Shown here one piece after another: positions 27,561-39,703 of a stretch of DNA of 64,000 nt (position 1 is the first letter of the stretch; every line of letters starts with the position of its first letter). The notes beneath the pieces are model-generated. The model was not told the DNA's origin, made no database searches, and saw only the letters and a program-made list of their open reading frames with translations. The position numbers and the translations under genes are program-made. The DNA is taken from positions 14,384,001 through 14,448,000 of the forward strand of contig OX597843.1 in the NCBI GenBank assembly GCA_951406725.2, given 5' to 3'. This DNA is from Octopus vulgaris. Taxonomy: Eukaryota.

Positions 27561-30138
27561 AGTTAACGGCTATCTTTTTAATTATCACATTTCATGGCAT
27601 ACCAGCTACCCAACTTTTTTCAAAAGAAAAAGAAGGGTTACAAAAAATAAATAAATCACTTCAAGTCTCATATACAAAGTTATGCTTTAAGATACTAAAA
27701 ACTTTTTCTGATATTCAACCTGGGTGGGTTGAGTCGGCTTCTTCTACTCGTGGAAGAAGTTTCGTGGGAATATGTGGATTTCACAAGCGGTCCCCAACAA
27801 TCCAGCATGAGGAGACATCCTGTTTGCTACAGATTGTCCGCAGACGCAGGGACAGAATGACCGAGGAGCCGCCAATTGCCGAAGCAAACACTCCGAGGAT
27901 TTTCACCAGAGCCCTGTCTGCCGGGTTGTAGCCCTAATACCACTCGGTGTCAGACCAATCCACCTTGGGTGGCCCTACCAGGAACTGAAGTTCCTGACGG
28001 TATAGCTCTGACACTACCTGTTGCCAGCGTCCCCACCCTGGTGAGGAGATGATGGACTTTGGGGACTTTGTTGAAATTGGGGTATGTTTGGCATACCTGA
28101 ACAATTTTTATGTCATCAAATAAGGTAATTGTGAATTTGAGAAATAAATATTTACATATTTCTTTATCCACTTTAGAAATGACTTCTCTGAGGAAATTAT
28201 TTACAAAAAAAAAAGTGATAAAGATTTCAATATATAAAACAAATAAGGGTGAAGTTTTGGAATAAATTCTCCCAATTAAATTCTTTATTAGTTTCAGAAA
28301 AAAATTCTTTCTCTTTTGAGTGCAATGGCTTCAGGATTTGACAATCACAGCCAAGGTGTCACCTAGAAAGCATTGGTGATGGCACCATATAAAAAGCACC
28401 CAGGACACTGTGTAAAGTGGTCAATGTTAGGAAGGTCATCCAGCTGTAGAAACCAAGCCAAAGCAGACTACAGAACCAAGTGCAGCCCCTGGCTTTACCA
28501 GTTCCCATCAAGCTGCCCAACCCATGCCAACACGGGAAACAGATGTTAAATGATGATGATGAAACTCCATGCTGAACACTAATGATTCGTGGTTTTCTTA
28601 GAAATGATACAGCAGTGGTTCTTCTCTGTAGCCTTCTGCCAATTTCCAGCAGAATAAACCCCCTCACAGCACAAGGAGTATTTCACATGACACCAAACCG
28701 TGTCCACACACCAGGGGGCTGATATAACAATTTTAGGGGCCAGTCCTCCCAAATATCTTAACCACAGGACCATCATCTGTTGTTTGACTGATGACTGGGG
28801 GCCTTGACAAGTACTTCTAACCCGGCCCAGGGCAGTGGTGACTCCTACAACCTTCTTAACTCACCATTTGAGCCAGTTTAACCCTTTTCTTACCATATTT
28901 CTATAGACATAACTGGTTTTCGGTTTGTATCAAAGGGGTCAAGATAAACATGATGGAAAGATTTAGAAGCTTAATTATATCATCATCATCATCATTGTTT
29001 AGCGTCCGCTTTCCATGCTGGCATGGGTTGGATGGTTCAACTGGGGTCTGGGAAGCCAGAAGGCTGCACCAGGCCCAGTCTGATCTGGCAATGTTTCTAC
29101 AGCTGGATGCCCTTCCTAATGCCAACCACTCCGTGAGTGTAGTGGGTGCTTTTTACGTGCCACCGGCACGGGGGGCCAGGCGAGGCTGGCAAACGGCCAT
29201 GATCGGATGGTGCTTTTTACATGCCACCGGCACGGGGGCCAGGCGAGGCTGGCAATGGCCGGGGGCCAGGTGAAGCTTAGGATATTTCTGTTGAAATAGA
29301 CTGCCTTTGTTGCAATTAATTTTGAGAATAATGAAGAATTTATTGAAATAACTGCCATTATCAAGTTAGTGTTTAAGGCAGGGAGCTGATCGTATCATTA
29401 GCACACTGGGCCAAACGCAAAGTGGTATTTTGTACATTGCTATGTTTTGAGTTCAAATTCCACTGAAGTTGACTTTGCTTTTCATCCTTTTCGGTCGATA
29501 AACTAAGTACCAGTGATATACAGGGGTCGATATAATCGACTAATCCCCTGCGGTAAGAAGCCTACTTACCAACCACATGGTTCTAGGTTCAGTCCCACTG
29601 TGTGGCACCTTGGGCAAGTGTCTTCTACTATAGCCTTGGGCTGACCAAAGCCTTGTGAGTGGATTTGGTAGACGGAAACTGAAAGAATCTCTTTATATAT
29701 ATATATATTTATATACTTGTGTATGTATTTGTGTGTCTGTGTGTCCCCCCACCACTATTGTTTGACAACCGATGTTGGTGTTTACGTCCCCGTAACTTAG
29801 CGGTTCAGCAAAAGAAACCGATAGAATAAGTACTAGGCTTACAAAGAATAAGTCCTGGGGTCAGTTTATTTTACTAAAGGCGGTGCTCCAGCATGGCTGC
29901 AGTCAAATGACTGAAACAAGTAAAAGAATAAATGAGTAAAAGAACACACACACCCGCACAGACTTGCAATATGCTTCCACCCACTGAATTCCCCCACAAG
30001 GTCTAAATTGGCCCGTGGCTATAGCAGAAGACACTTGTGCAAGTGCTGTGCTGTGGGACTGAACCCAGAACCATGTGTTTGCAAAAACAAGCTTCTTAAC
30101 CTGACAGCCATGCCTGGAACGCCTTTCCTCATAACTCT

Positions 30139-30368
30139 ATTTCTTTATTACTCACAAGGGGCTAAACACAGAAGGGACAAACAAGGACAGACAAACGGAT
30201 TAAGTCGATTATATCGACCCCAGTGCATAACTGGTACTTATTTAATCTACCCCGAAAGGATGAAAGGCAAAGTCGACTTCGGCAGAATTTGAACTCAGAA
30301 TGTAGCGGCAGACCAAATACTGCTGAGCATTTCGCCCGGCGTGCTAACGATTCAGCCAGCTCGCTGCC
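30139..30368 (-). mobile_element. SINE family C with TSD
   Basis: tttcctcataactct duplicated at 30124 and 30369. Confidence 0.9.
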
Positions 30369-30470
30369 TTTCCTCATAACTCTGCCAGATCAACACCTGC
30401 CTAGGGCTAAACATCAGAAAGCAACTGCTCTTCATCGCTTCACTGAACAAAGTGGTTGCATGTGTTTGTA

Positions 30471-30517
<47 letters not shown>

Positions 30518-30540
30518 CTGGTGTGTCTTTTTTTCTATTT

Positions 30541-30554
30541 GTTGCCATGACAAC
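30541..30554. promoter_or_regulatory. RFX X-box-like palindrome
   Basis: GTTGCCATGACAAC, one mismatch from the perfect X-box. Confidence 0.5.
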
Positions 30555-31037
30555 CTTCTTTCCGCTCTCCAATCCCCACTTCATTTTCCTGTGTGTGTGA
30601 GAGGGAGTACACACACACACACACACACATTTCTTTCTTGAAAGCAGCCTGACATGTCATGGCAATACAGCCTGTAGTCAAGGCAACCTGCAATCAACCC
30701 CCACCACCACTACCATCGCCACCACCACCACAAGCAACATCCTCTCCCCCCCATCTCTGGACCTGTTGTTGAATGCTTTTCAAGCATTCATTGAACTGTG
30801 CCAGCCAGCATGTATATAGCAAGCTGGAGCAGGGCAGGTTGTGTGAAGAGACATGGCTCTATATAATGGTGTGGCGGTATATATTAAACACACACACACA
30901 CACACCTGTGTGTGTGTGTGTGTTTGTATATATATATATCATGTCAAAGGGAAATGGAATTTAATTAAAATTAAAACATTCAATCAAAATTTACATTTCC
31001 AGTGGTCTAACGTGCAAAAAAAAAAAAATAGTCAAGA

Positions 31038-31076
<39 letters not shown>

Positions 31077-31078
<2 letters not shown>

Positions 31079-31201
31079 GATAACGTGTATATTTAAACAC
31101 ATAAGGAATCCACTTAAGGGAATTCAACACTCTAGCTGTTCTTTCTAGCGTGTTGAATTCCCTTAAGTGGATTCCTTATGTGTTTAAATATACACTATAT
31201 C

Positions 31202-31202
<1 letters not shown>
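31077..31202. repeat. Near-perfect hairpin between (TA)n tracts
   Basis: 46-bp perfect arms at 31085-31130 and 31150-31195. Confidence 0.95.
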
Positions 31203-31247
<45 letters not shown>

Positions 31248-31252
<5 letters not shown>

Positions 31253-31448
31253 ATCCAAACAAGAAAACACAACAACGCAAGGACATGGAACAAATATAGT
31301 ATTATTGGACACTCAGGAAGGAAGGGAAAAAGGAGGGTTTAGTGTTTTGAGTGGAGCTCTTCGTCGGAAACAAAGGAGAAGGAAAGATCCCGAGAAGGGA
31401 CGACAGAGGAAAAAAAAATCGACAACAGTACACACGAGGTCACATTTT
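31248..31448 (-). mobile_element. HHR-bearing short element, family H2 (HHR degenerate, 31337-31371)
   Basis: Homologous to 51997-52160 and 61772-61980; all three start gttaatccaaa directly after a TA tract. Confidence 0.75.
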
Positions 31449-32101
31449 ATATACACACACACACACACACACACACGCATACAGTTTTGAACATGCTGTG
31501 ATTACCTTACATTCTTTTGTTGATTAAATGTACAGGTAGGCCTTAACATCTAAGCCAGCAAAACCTAACGACCCTCTCCATCCCTCACACACACACAAAG
31601 ACACAAAGGGTGTCTCGTTAACCTTTTCAGACCCATATTTCCCTCTGACGAATCTACTTTCTGCGTATTTCAATTAATTTTCAAAGTAATTTAGATTTTG
31701 GAGGAATGAGTCTGTGCAAGCCTGGTCGTGTACTCAGGTTTGTTTTCTAACCATGTGGTTCTAAGTTCAGTCCTAGAGCACAGTAGCCTGGACAAGGGTC
31801 TTCTACAAGAGGCCCACACTGACTGAAGCCTTGAGAGTGTATGTGATGAACAGAAATTCAAAGAAGCCACACCTGCATATGTGCCCACCACACAAGAGGA
31901 GTGGCGAAAAGTTCATGGCTTTGAGTAAAAGAAAATACAGGAGGATCAGTTACTCCTTTACTTGTTTCAGTCTCTTTTGCTGAACTGCTAAGTTACAGGG
32001 ATGTAAACACACCAGCATCAGTTGTCAAGCGATGTGGGGGGGGGGACAAACACAGACACACAAACATACACATACACACACACACATATACATATATATT
32101 C

Positions 32102-32385
32102 AATTAAATTTTTATTGGCTCAAAAAGCAAAAGCAAGGCCATGTAGGGGGACAGGGAGTTATGTACAGGGAGTTATGTACAGGGAGGGTGGTCATACAAA
32201 GAGTTCAGGCCATTTCTGGTCAAGAGAGACTTTGAACCGAGCGGTCGTTGGCATCTTCACTATCTCGTGTGGTAGCTTATTCCACGGATCCGCAACCCGG
32301 ACGGAGAAAGCCCCTCTCCTTCGATTGAGATGAAATCGTCGCAGATAGAGCTTTTCGGAGTGACCCCGCAGCCCATGCTCTGGAG
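32102..32385 (-). mobile_element. CR1 3' fragment inserted in the microsatellite of a minus-strand SINE A (31955-32545)
   Basis: LRGHSEKLYLRRFHLNRRRGAFSVRVADPWNKLP, same as the 1.3-kb copy; SINE halves on both sides. Confidence 0.9.
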
Positions 32386-33744
32386 GGCTTCTTTCAGTTT
32401 CTGTCAACCAAATCCACTCACAAGGCTTTGGTCGACCCGAGGCTATAGTAGAAGACACTTGCCCAAGGTGCCACGCAGTGGGACTGAACCCAGAACCATG
32501 AGGTTTGTAAGCAAGCTACTTACGACACAGCCACTCCTATACCTATAGTTAATTAAGGTTTATTCACCATGTTCCCCTCTCAGATTCACACACTTATTGC
32601 AGCAGTCTTTCAGGTTTTCTACTCCCTGTAAAAGAACTTGGAAGGTTTGGCCTCCAGCCAGGCCTTTCCTGATACCCTTAAAGCCAGGAACTTTTCAGCG
32701 CCCCCTCATATGTTACTTGAAACAACAAGTGGGGGCTGTTGATGAGAAGGACGTACAACTTGGCTGGAATGGCTGGAATTTGAACACACAACATAATGAA
32801 CCAAAACAAATACCACAGATATCAAAACCAATTTTCCTACAGTTCTGGGCAAGTGCTATCCATAGCTCTGGGCCAACAAAACTCTTGACAGTGGATTTGG
32901 TGAACAGAAACTGAAAGAAGCCCATAGTGTGTGTGTGTGTGTGTGCATGTATATGTTCCCCACCACTGCTTCACAGTCAATGTTGGTCTGTTTACATCCA
33001 TGTAACTTAGCAGTTCAGCAAAAGTGACCAATAGAATAAATATCATGCGTAAAAAAAAAAGACAAGGGCTGATTTGTTCGACTTAAACCCTTCAAGGCAG
33101 GGCCCCAGCATGGCCACAGTCTAATGATTGAAACCATTATTAAATGGAGGTGTTGACGTGACAGAAGGCAGTGCTCCAGCATGATCTCAAATGAAAGCAG
33201 TAAAATAAATGGATGTTTACAAGAATTTGTGGAATGTTGGAAATAGACAGAATTTCTTTGAGTTCTGCTCTAGATTCTTGCAGGAATTATAAACCAAAAA
33301 GATAAAGTAAAGCACACTTGGTTGACTTGTATCTTCTCTCTCCTGGGACTTGAACTTGGAATACTGGGATAGAATGTTGCTAAAAATATTGACTTGTGTT
33401 GAATTAATTAACATACATATTCTATGGTAGATCTGGGTGAAATATTTACCATCAGATGACCTTGTTATGGGGGTGTGGGGTGATAGGGGAAAAGATAGAT
33501 GACTAAATTATGATTTTACAAAACAGACTGTCCAAGACAGATCTTTTGGTACCAATCTGGTCAACAGAGCCCCTGGTTCTGTAATATAATGGGGCTCTTT
33601 TTAAAGTGATCTTAAAATGTTCCATTCCAGATCTTCGTCTTAACCCTTTTGATACCAAATCACCCAAAACTCTCTTGGTTCTATGACACAAACTTCCTGT
33701 TTTAAAATGATCTAATTTAAATCTTTCCATCAAAATATTCCTAA

Positions 33745-34158
33745 CAGGAATGGCTGTGTGGTAAGTAGCTTGTATATCAACCACATGGATCCGGGTTCAG
33801 TCCCACTGCGTGGCACCTTGGGCAAGTGTCTTCTACTATAGCCTCGGGCCGACCAATGCCTTGTGAGTGGATTTGGTAGACGGAAACTGAAAGAAGCTCG
33901 TCGTATATATGGAAATATATATGTATGTGTGTGTATGTGTTTGTGTGTCTGTGTTTGTTCCCCCCCACCACCACCATTGCTTGACAACCGATGGTGGTGT
34001 GTTTACATCCCCATAACTTAGCGGTTCAGCAAAAGAGACCAATAGAATAAGTACTAGGCTTACAAAGAATAAGTCCTGGGGTCGATTTGCTCGACTAAAA
34101 GGTGGTGCTCCAGCATGGCCGCAGTCAAATGACTGAAACAAGTAAAAGAGTAAAGAGT
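33745..34158 (+). mobile_element. SINE family A within a cluster of piggyBac-type MITE units (~33540-35340)
   Basis: Family sequence; surrounding ttaacccttttgatacc units. Confidence 0.88.
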
Positions 34159-36618
34159 AACACCAGATTAATTAATAGTAATGAAGTTATTTTACTGACT
34201 TCTTCGTTACATTCTCTATAAACTTAAATAAAAGCAATGTATTTCAACAGAAATATCCTAGTTCTTTGATTCAGCTTCCAGATCTTTTCATCATGCTTCT
34301 CTTTACCTTTTTGATACCAACCCATCTGGGACTCACTCTGATTCATCACCATCATCATTTAACGTCCGCTTTCCATGCTAGCATGGGTTGGACGGTTCGA
34401 TCGGGGTCTGGCTATCCATGGAGGCTGCACCAGGCTCCAGTCTGATTTGGCAGTGTTTCTACGGCTGGATGCCCTTCCTAACAACAACCACTCCGTGAGT
34501 GTAGTGGGTGCTTTTTACGTGCCACCGGCACAGGAGCCACAGCAGGCTGGCAAACATCCATGATCAGTTGGTGCTTTTACGTGTCACCGACACAGATGCC
34601 AGTCAGGCGGCGCTAGTATCTGCCACGTTCAGACGGTGCTTTTTACGTGTCACCGGTACGGGTGTCTTAACTACAATTTCCATTTGAATTTTTATTTTGA
34701 TGTTGACGTACTTGACTCAATAGGTCTCCTCAAGAACAGCGGGTCACTCTACGATCCAAGGTCAGCACAGAAGGCCGTCCTGCAAGCCATGAACTCACTT
34801 CATTTGTCGGGTCTTCGAAGTCACAGTATATCTCCAGAGGTCTCGGTCTTTTGTCATAGCCTCTGCGAGGCTCAAAGTACGAAGGTCATGCTTGACCACC
34901 TCGTCCCATGACAAACTATGGTACAAACTTTTCATCTTAAAATTTTTTCCATAAAAATTCCATCATTATGTTCCAAACACCAGCTGAATAATGACAAAGT
35001 TATTTTTACCAAATTCTCCATTATTCCCAAAATAAATTGAAACAAAGACAGAAATCTCCCAGTCATATGATTCAGCTTCCAGAACTTTCCATTATGTTTG
35101 TCTTAACTCTTTTGATACCAACCCATCTGAGACCGATTCTGGTTCTATACTACAAACATTTTTTTTTAAAGTGATCTAAATTAAAATATCCCAACAAAAT
35201 TTCCTGTCAAGTTAATTTACGTTCGAAACACAAACTTCACAACAACGGCAAAGGTATTTTAGTAAATTCTTGATTATTTTCAAAATAACCGAAACAAAGG
35301 CAGCGTATTTCAAGAGAAATATAAGAACAAATATGGGAACCTAATAAACAGAGACAACATCTAAATTATGAACCAATTGAGTCTGCAAGGAATAACTGAT
35401 AGCATTTATTCTAGTCTATTACTCTTTTACTTGTTTCAGTCATTTGACTGCTGCCATGCTGGAGCACCGCCTTTAGTCGAGCAAAACGACCCCGGCACTT
35501 ATTCTTTGTAAGCCCAGTACTTATTCTATCGGTCTCTTTTGCCGAACCGCTAAGTGACGGGGACGTAAACACAGACACACAAGCGATATTGGGGGACAAA
35601 CACAGACACACAAACATACATGCACACATATATATATACATATATACGACGGGCTTCTTAGATATATTCACCGTCCCATACCACCTCACCTTTTATGGTT
35701 TGTGCAGGTGTGTGTGTGTGGAAACACACATACACATTAGGGTTTTGAAGTTTCTATCTACAAAATTTCAATTGTAAGGCCCTGATCCACCTGAGGATAG
35801 AGCAGCAAGTGCTTACTCAAAATTCCACACAGTAGGACTTGATCCCAGAACCATGTGGTTGAGAATCAAATATCTTAACCACCCTTGCTTGCAACTGATT
35901 ATTCATATAATAATGGAATGTGTGACTAATTAGAAGAGATTACTGTGAGCTGTGTCAATGTACATTAATATCTGTACATGCATGTATGTGTGAATATGAT
36001 TGGGCATGTTTATAGGTGTGTGTGTGTATATATCATTCATATATGTAGGTGGGGGGCTATACACACACACACATATATATATGAATCACAAATCCATGGA
36101 AGACTAGGTTTTAGTTGAAAACAGACAAAACTAAAAGCAGTGACTGGAAGCCTACCTCACCAGGTTGTTAACCAACCAAGAAGTGTGTGTGTGTGTGTGT
36201 GTTTACATGTGTGTGCGTGAGAGAGGGACAGGTATTCATGCATGCCAAGACACACAAGGTCGCAAGGTCAGTAAAACTAAGCGCCTGACAAAAAGCAGGA
36301 GAGGAGGTCATCAGCACTGAATCACCTACAACAATCAAATGTATCCCAACCATGACCACCCTGTCTTTTTTTGTACAGAACTGTGGGACCAGGTTTGAGG
36401 AAACTGACTGCTGTTTCTAGCAACTTCAGAAATGACAACATCGTGGCTACAGAGTCTAGGATCAGAAATTTTTGTGCACCCTACCAGACAACCAACAAGT
36501 CCTCTATCTTTATTCTTCCTGTTAACTTGATCATTACTTCTATTCTGTGGCCCCTGCACTACCAGACATCCCCTACTCCTGGCCCCACTGCCCCACCCAT
36601 TCTTACCCACCTTGTATC

Positions 36619-36834
36619 TATTTCTTTACTACCCACAAGGGGCTAAACACAGAGAGGACAAACAAGGTCAGACAAACGGATTAAGTCGATTATATCAACC
36701 CCAGTGCATAACTGGTACTTATTTAATCGACCCCGAAAGGATGAAAGGCAAAGTCGACCTCAGAACGTAGTGGCAGACGAATTACCGCTAAGAATTTCGT
36801 CCAGTATGCTAATGATTCTGCCAGCTCGCTGCCT
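36619..36834 (-). mobile_element. SINE family C with 18-bp TSD
   Basis: tcttacccaccttgtatc at 36601 and 36835. Confidence 0.9.
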
Positions 36835-37125
36835 TCTTACCCACCTTGTATCATGAAGGTTTCCACTGACACGGCGTCCCCTTTTGCTTTTTATTGCCCT
36901 ACTCAGTTGTCCCCATTTTCTCTTCTAAAATGTGAGTAGTTGTGTAACCCCTCTACAGCAACAAACCTGTTCTGCTCTGGTCCTTTCCCTCATACTTTAC
37001 TCCCCTCCACTCATTCTCCTACCCTAAAGCCCCTACGCCCTCCACTCTGTGTTCCAGAGTCTTGCAAGCCACATGGTGACTTCAAGTTCTGGTGGCACAA
37101 ACACAGTCCCTGATGCACCCTTTAA

Positions 37126-37345
37126 CCCTTTAGTAATTTAAACCGGCCATATCCGGCCAAAATAGTTAATCTGTTTTATGTTCAAACTGACCAGATCCAG
37201 GCCCTCACACCTACCCTACAATGTCATTCTACATTAAGTAATTACACCATCAAGATCTTGAAGATATGAGATAATGCAGGATTAATTCAAATCAATGGGA
37301 ATCAATAGGGATTATGTTTGATTGAATAATCTGAACGCTAAAGGG
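37126..37345. mobile_element. piggyBac-type MITE
   Basis: TTAA|CCCTTTAG ... CTAAAGGG|TTAA; relatives at ~17865, 48810, 60605. Confidence 0.85.
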
Positions 37346-37526
37346 TTAAAGTGGTTGACATTGAGAAAGGCATTCAGCTGAGAAAACATGTCAAACAGAT
37401 GCAGCAGCAGTCCTTGGGCCCCACCACATCCCGTCAAAGCTTTCAACTTATGCCCCAGCATGGAACATCAGAGTTTTATTTATATATATATCATCATCAT
37501 CATCATCATATATATATATATATATA

Positions 37527-37949
37527 TATAAGCGGGATCAGCCATCTGAATGTGGCTAGGGACAGGGCGGGGTGGTGGGGGTGTTACTGATGCATTTAGC
37601 CCCAGGCGACTATAGACGTCACTAGGAGAGCCGACACCATCACGGTGTCCTTGCTGGCCTGCAAAGGGAGATCAGCCTCCCCGAAGATACGGATGCTACA
37701 CACGGACCGGTTTCGAGGTAATCGCCTCTCGTCAGCGCATGGCAAGCACCGTTCTTCGTTGAGGGACTTCCTGTACAGGCCAGATAAATATAGATTTTCA
37801 CAGTAACCACAGGCACTGGCGTCGAAAATCTGTTCGAAAACAATAATAAATCTCTGAGCGAGGTATAAACAGTAACTGCTTTATGGCTGATCCCGCTTAT
37901 ATTAAAGAGCAGTTACTGTTTATACCTCGCTCAGAGATTTATTATTGTT
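37527..37949 (-). mobile_element. Retrozyme/Penelope-type element: ~360-nt monomer plus inverted junction copy, in (TA)n
   Basis: Intact HHR; 37883-37949 is the reverse complement of monomer end + ctttaa + monomer start. Confidence 0.8.
37699..37741 (-). ncRNA. Type I hammerhead ribozyme, intact core (H4)
   Basis: CAUGCG CUGACGA GAGG CGAUUA CCUC GAAA CCGG UC CGUGUG: 6-bp stem I, 4-bp stem II closed by G-C, palindromic ACCGGU stem III, GUC site. Confidence 0.92.
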
Positions 37950-37989
37950 ATATATATATATATATATATGTATACACACACACACACAC

Positions 37990-38240
37990 AAACAATTGCA
38001 GTGTGGAAGGTGTTTATAAGCTATTTAAAAACACACAAAGGCAGTTAGGTTGACTTCAACATTTAAATTTAATTTGCCAATATATTTCGTCACTTTGAGA
38101 CTTTGATCTGTTCACTGACAAAATTATGTGCTGCATCTGCGTGTTTTTAAATGGCTTACAAACACCTTCCACGCTGCAATTGTTTTTGTTCCAGCACAAG
38201 ATCTCAGATCAAGTCACTTGCTATGCAAGTACATCTGTTA
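37990..38240. mobile_element. Fold-back element with ~48-bp inverted arms and an HHR-like centre
   Basis: aaacaattgcagtgtggaaggtgttt... inverted at ...aaacaccttccacgctgcaattgttt. Confidence 0.7.
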
Positions 38241-38445
38241 TATATATATATATTTATATATATATATAACTAAGGAAATTTTCTTACAACAGTTAGTTTT
38301 GAACTTAGTTTTGGTCTGTTTGGCATCCTAACTACACGACCTCATGTTCCTGAGATTCATATCTACATCTTTATCTGTATATTTACCTTCCCTAAGATGT
38401 TATTAATTGATCTGAGAACTTTATATTATTGGAAAACCTATATAA

Positions 38446-38536
38446 AATTAGCTGAAGATTACTCGGCATCTTAAATCTGCTGTAATATTTACAGCTTTTA
38501 ATAAAATGTTGTAGTATGAAACAATTGTACTAAATT
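38446..38536 (+). ncRNA. Type I HHR motif with long stem II (H5)
   Basis: AAUUAG CUGAAGA UUACU...GCUGUAA UAU UUACAGC...AGUAU GAAA CAAUUG UA CUAAAUU; palindromic ACAAUUGU; U-U mismatch at the stem II base. Confidence 0.68.
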
Positions 38537-38957
38537 ACCAGATTCATTCTTATTGCTTATTTTTGAGTATATATATATATACATACACATATATATATAC
38601 AAACATATACACACTTACATATATGCGCACAGACACACACACACATACACACAGAGACCAATTATTACATTAATCTGATGGATTAGTCTATATTTTTGTA
38701 GAGGATAAACTTAATATTCTTAAAATGGAATGTTATTGACAATGACTGAAATTTCAGCCAGTTAAGCCATCGTCAGTTCACAGTCCGACAACGGCCGAGC
38801 TGGAGCTGACCGAAGCTTTGAAGTCATTTTCATCAACATTCCTTTCTCTTTTACTTACTTTGTAAGCAACTATAAGAAGCAGCAGCAGCAGCAATTGACT
38901 CAATGCAAATACCTACATGCATGTATGTGTGTGTGTGTATATATATATATACTTTCA

Positions 38958-39194
38958 TGTTTCAGTCATTTGACTGAGGCCATGCTGGAGCAACGCTTTT
39001 AGTTGAACAAATCGACCCAGGACTTATTCTTTGTAAGTTTAGTACTTATTCAACCAGTTTCTTTTGCCAAACTGCTAAGTTACAGCAGGGGAGGGGGACA
39101 AACAGGCACACAAACATATACATACATATACATACATACATATACATACATACATATACATACATACATATACATACATACACATACATATACA

Positions 39195-39226
<32 letters not shown>

Positions 39227-39258
39227 CATACATACATATACATACATACATACATACA

Positions 39259-39294
<36 letters not shown>

Positions 39295-39337
39295 CATACA
39301 TACATACATACATATACATATATATATACATACACAC

Positions 39338-39371
<34 letters not shown>

Positions 39372-39545
39372 GTATATGTATATATATATGACGAGCTTCT
39401 TTTAGTTTCCGTCTACCAAATCCACTCACAAGGCTTAGGTCGGCCCGAGGCTATAGTAGAAAACCCAAGGTGCCATGCAGTGAGACTGAACCTGGAACCA
39501 CATGGTTGGTAAACAAGCTACTTTCCACACAACCACTCCTGCACC
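38958..39545 (-). mobile_element. SINE family A with expanded internal (TACA)n
   Basis: Reverse complement of the family sequence. Confidence 0.9.
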
Positions 39546-39546
39546 A

Positions 39547-39597
<51 letters not shown>

Positions 39598-39670
39598 TAT
39601 GTTTTCTTTTCTATATGTATGCATATATAAGTACATATAAATTTGTAGTTGCATTTATATATACGAATAT

Positions 39671-39703
<33 letters not shown>

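Noticed and set aside
27515-28050. 138-aa ORF as a host exon
   Set aside because: No recognisable domain or convincing splice sites; the GC-richer part may be a LINE 5' region but I cannot assign it.
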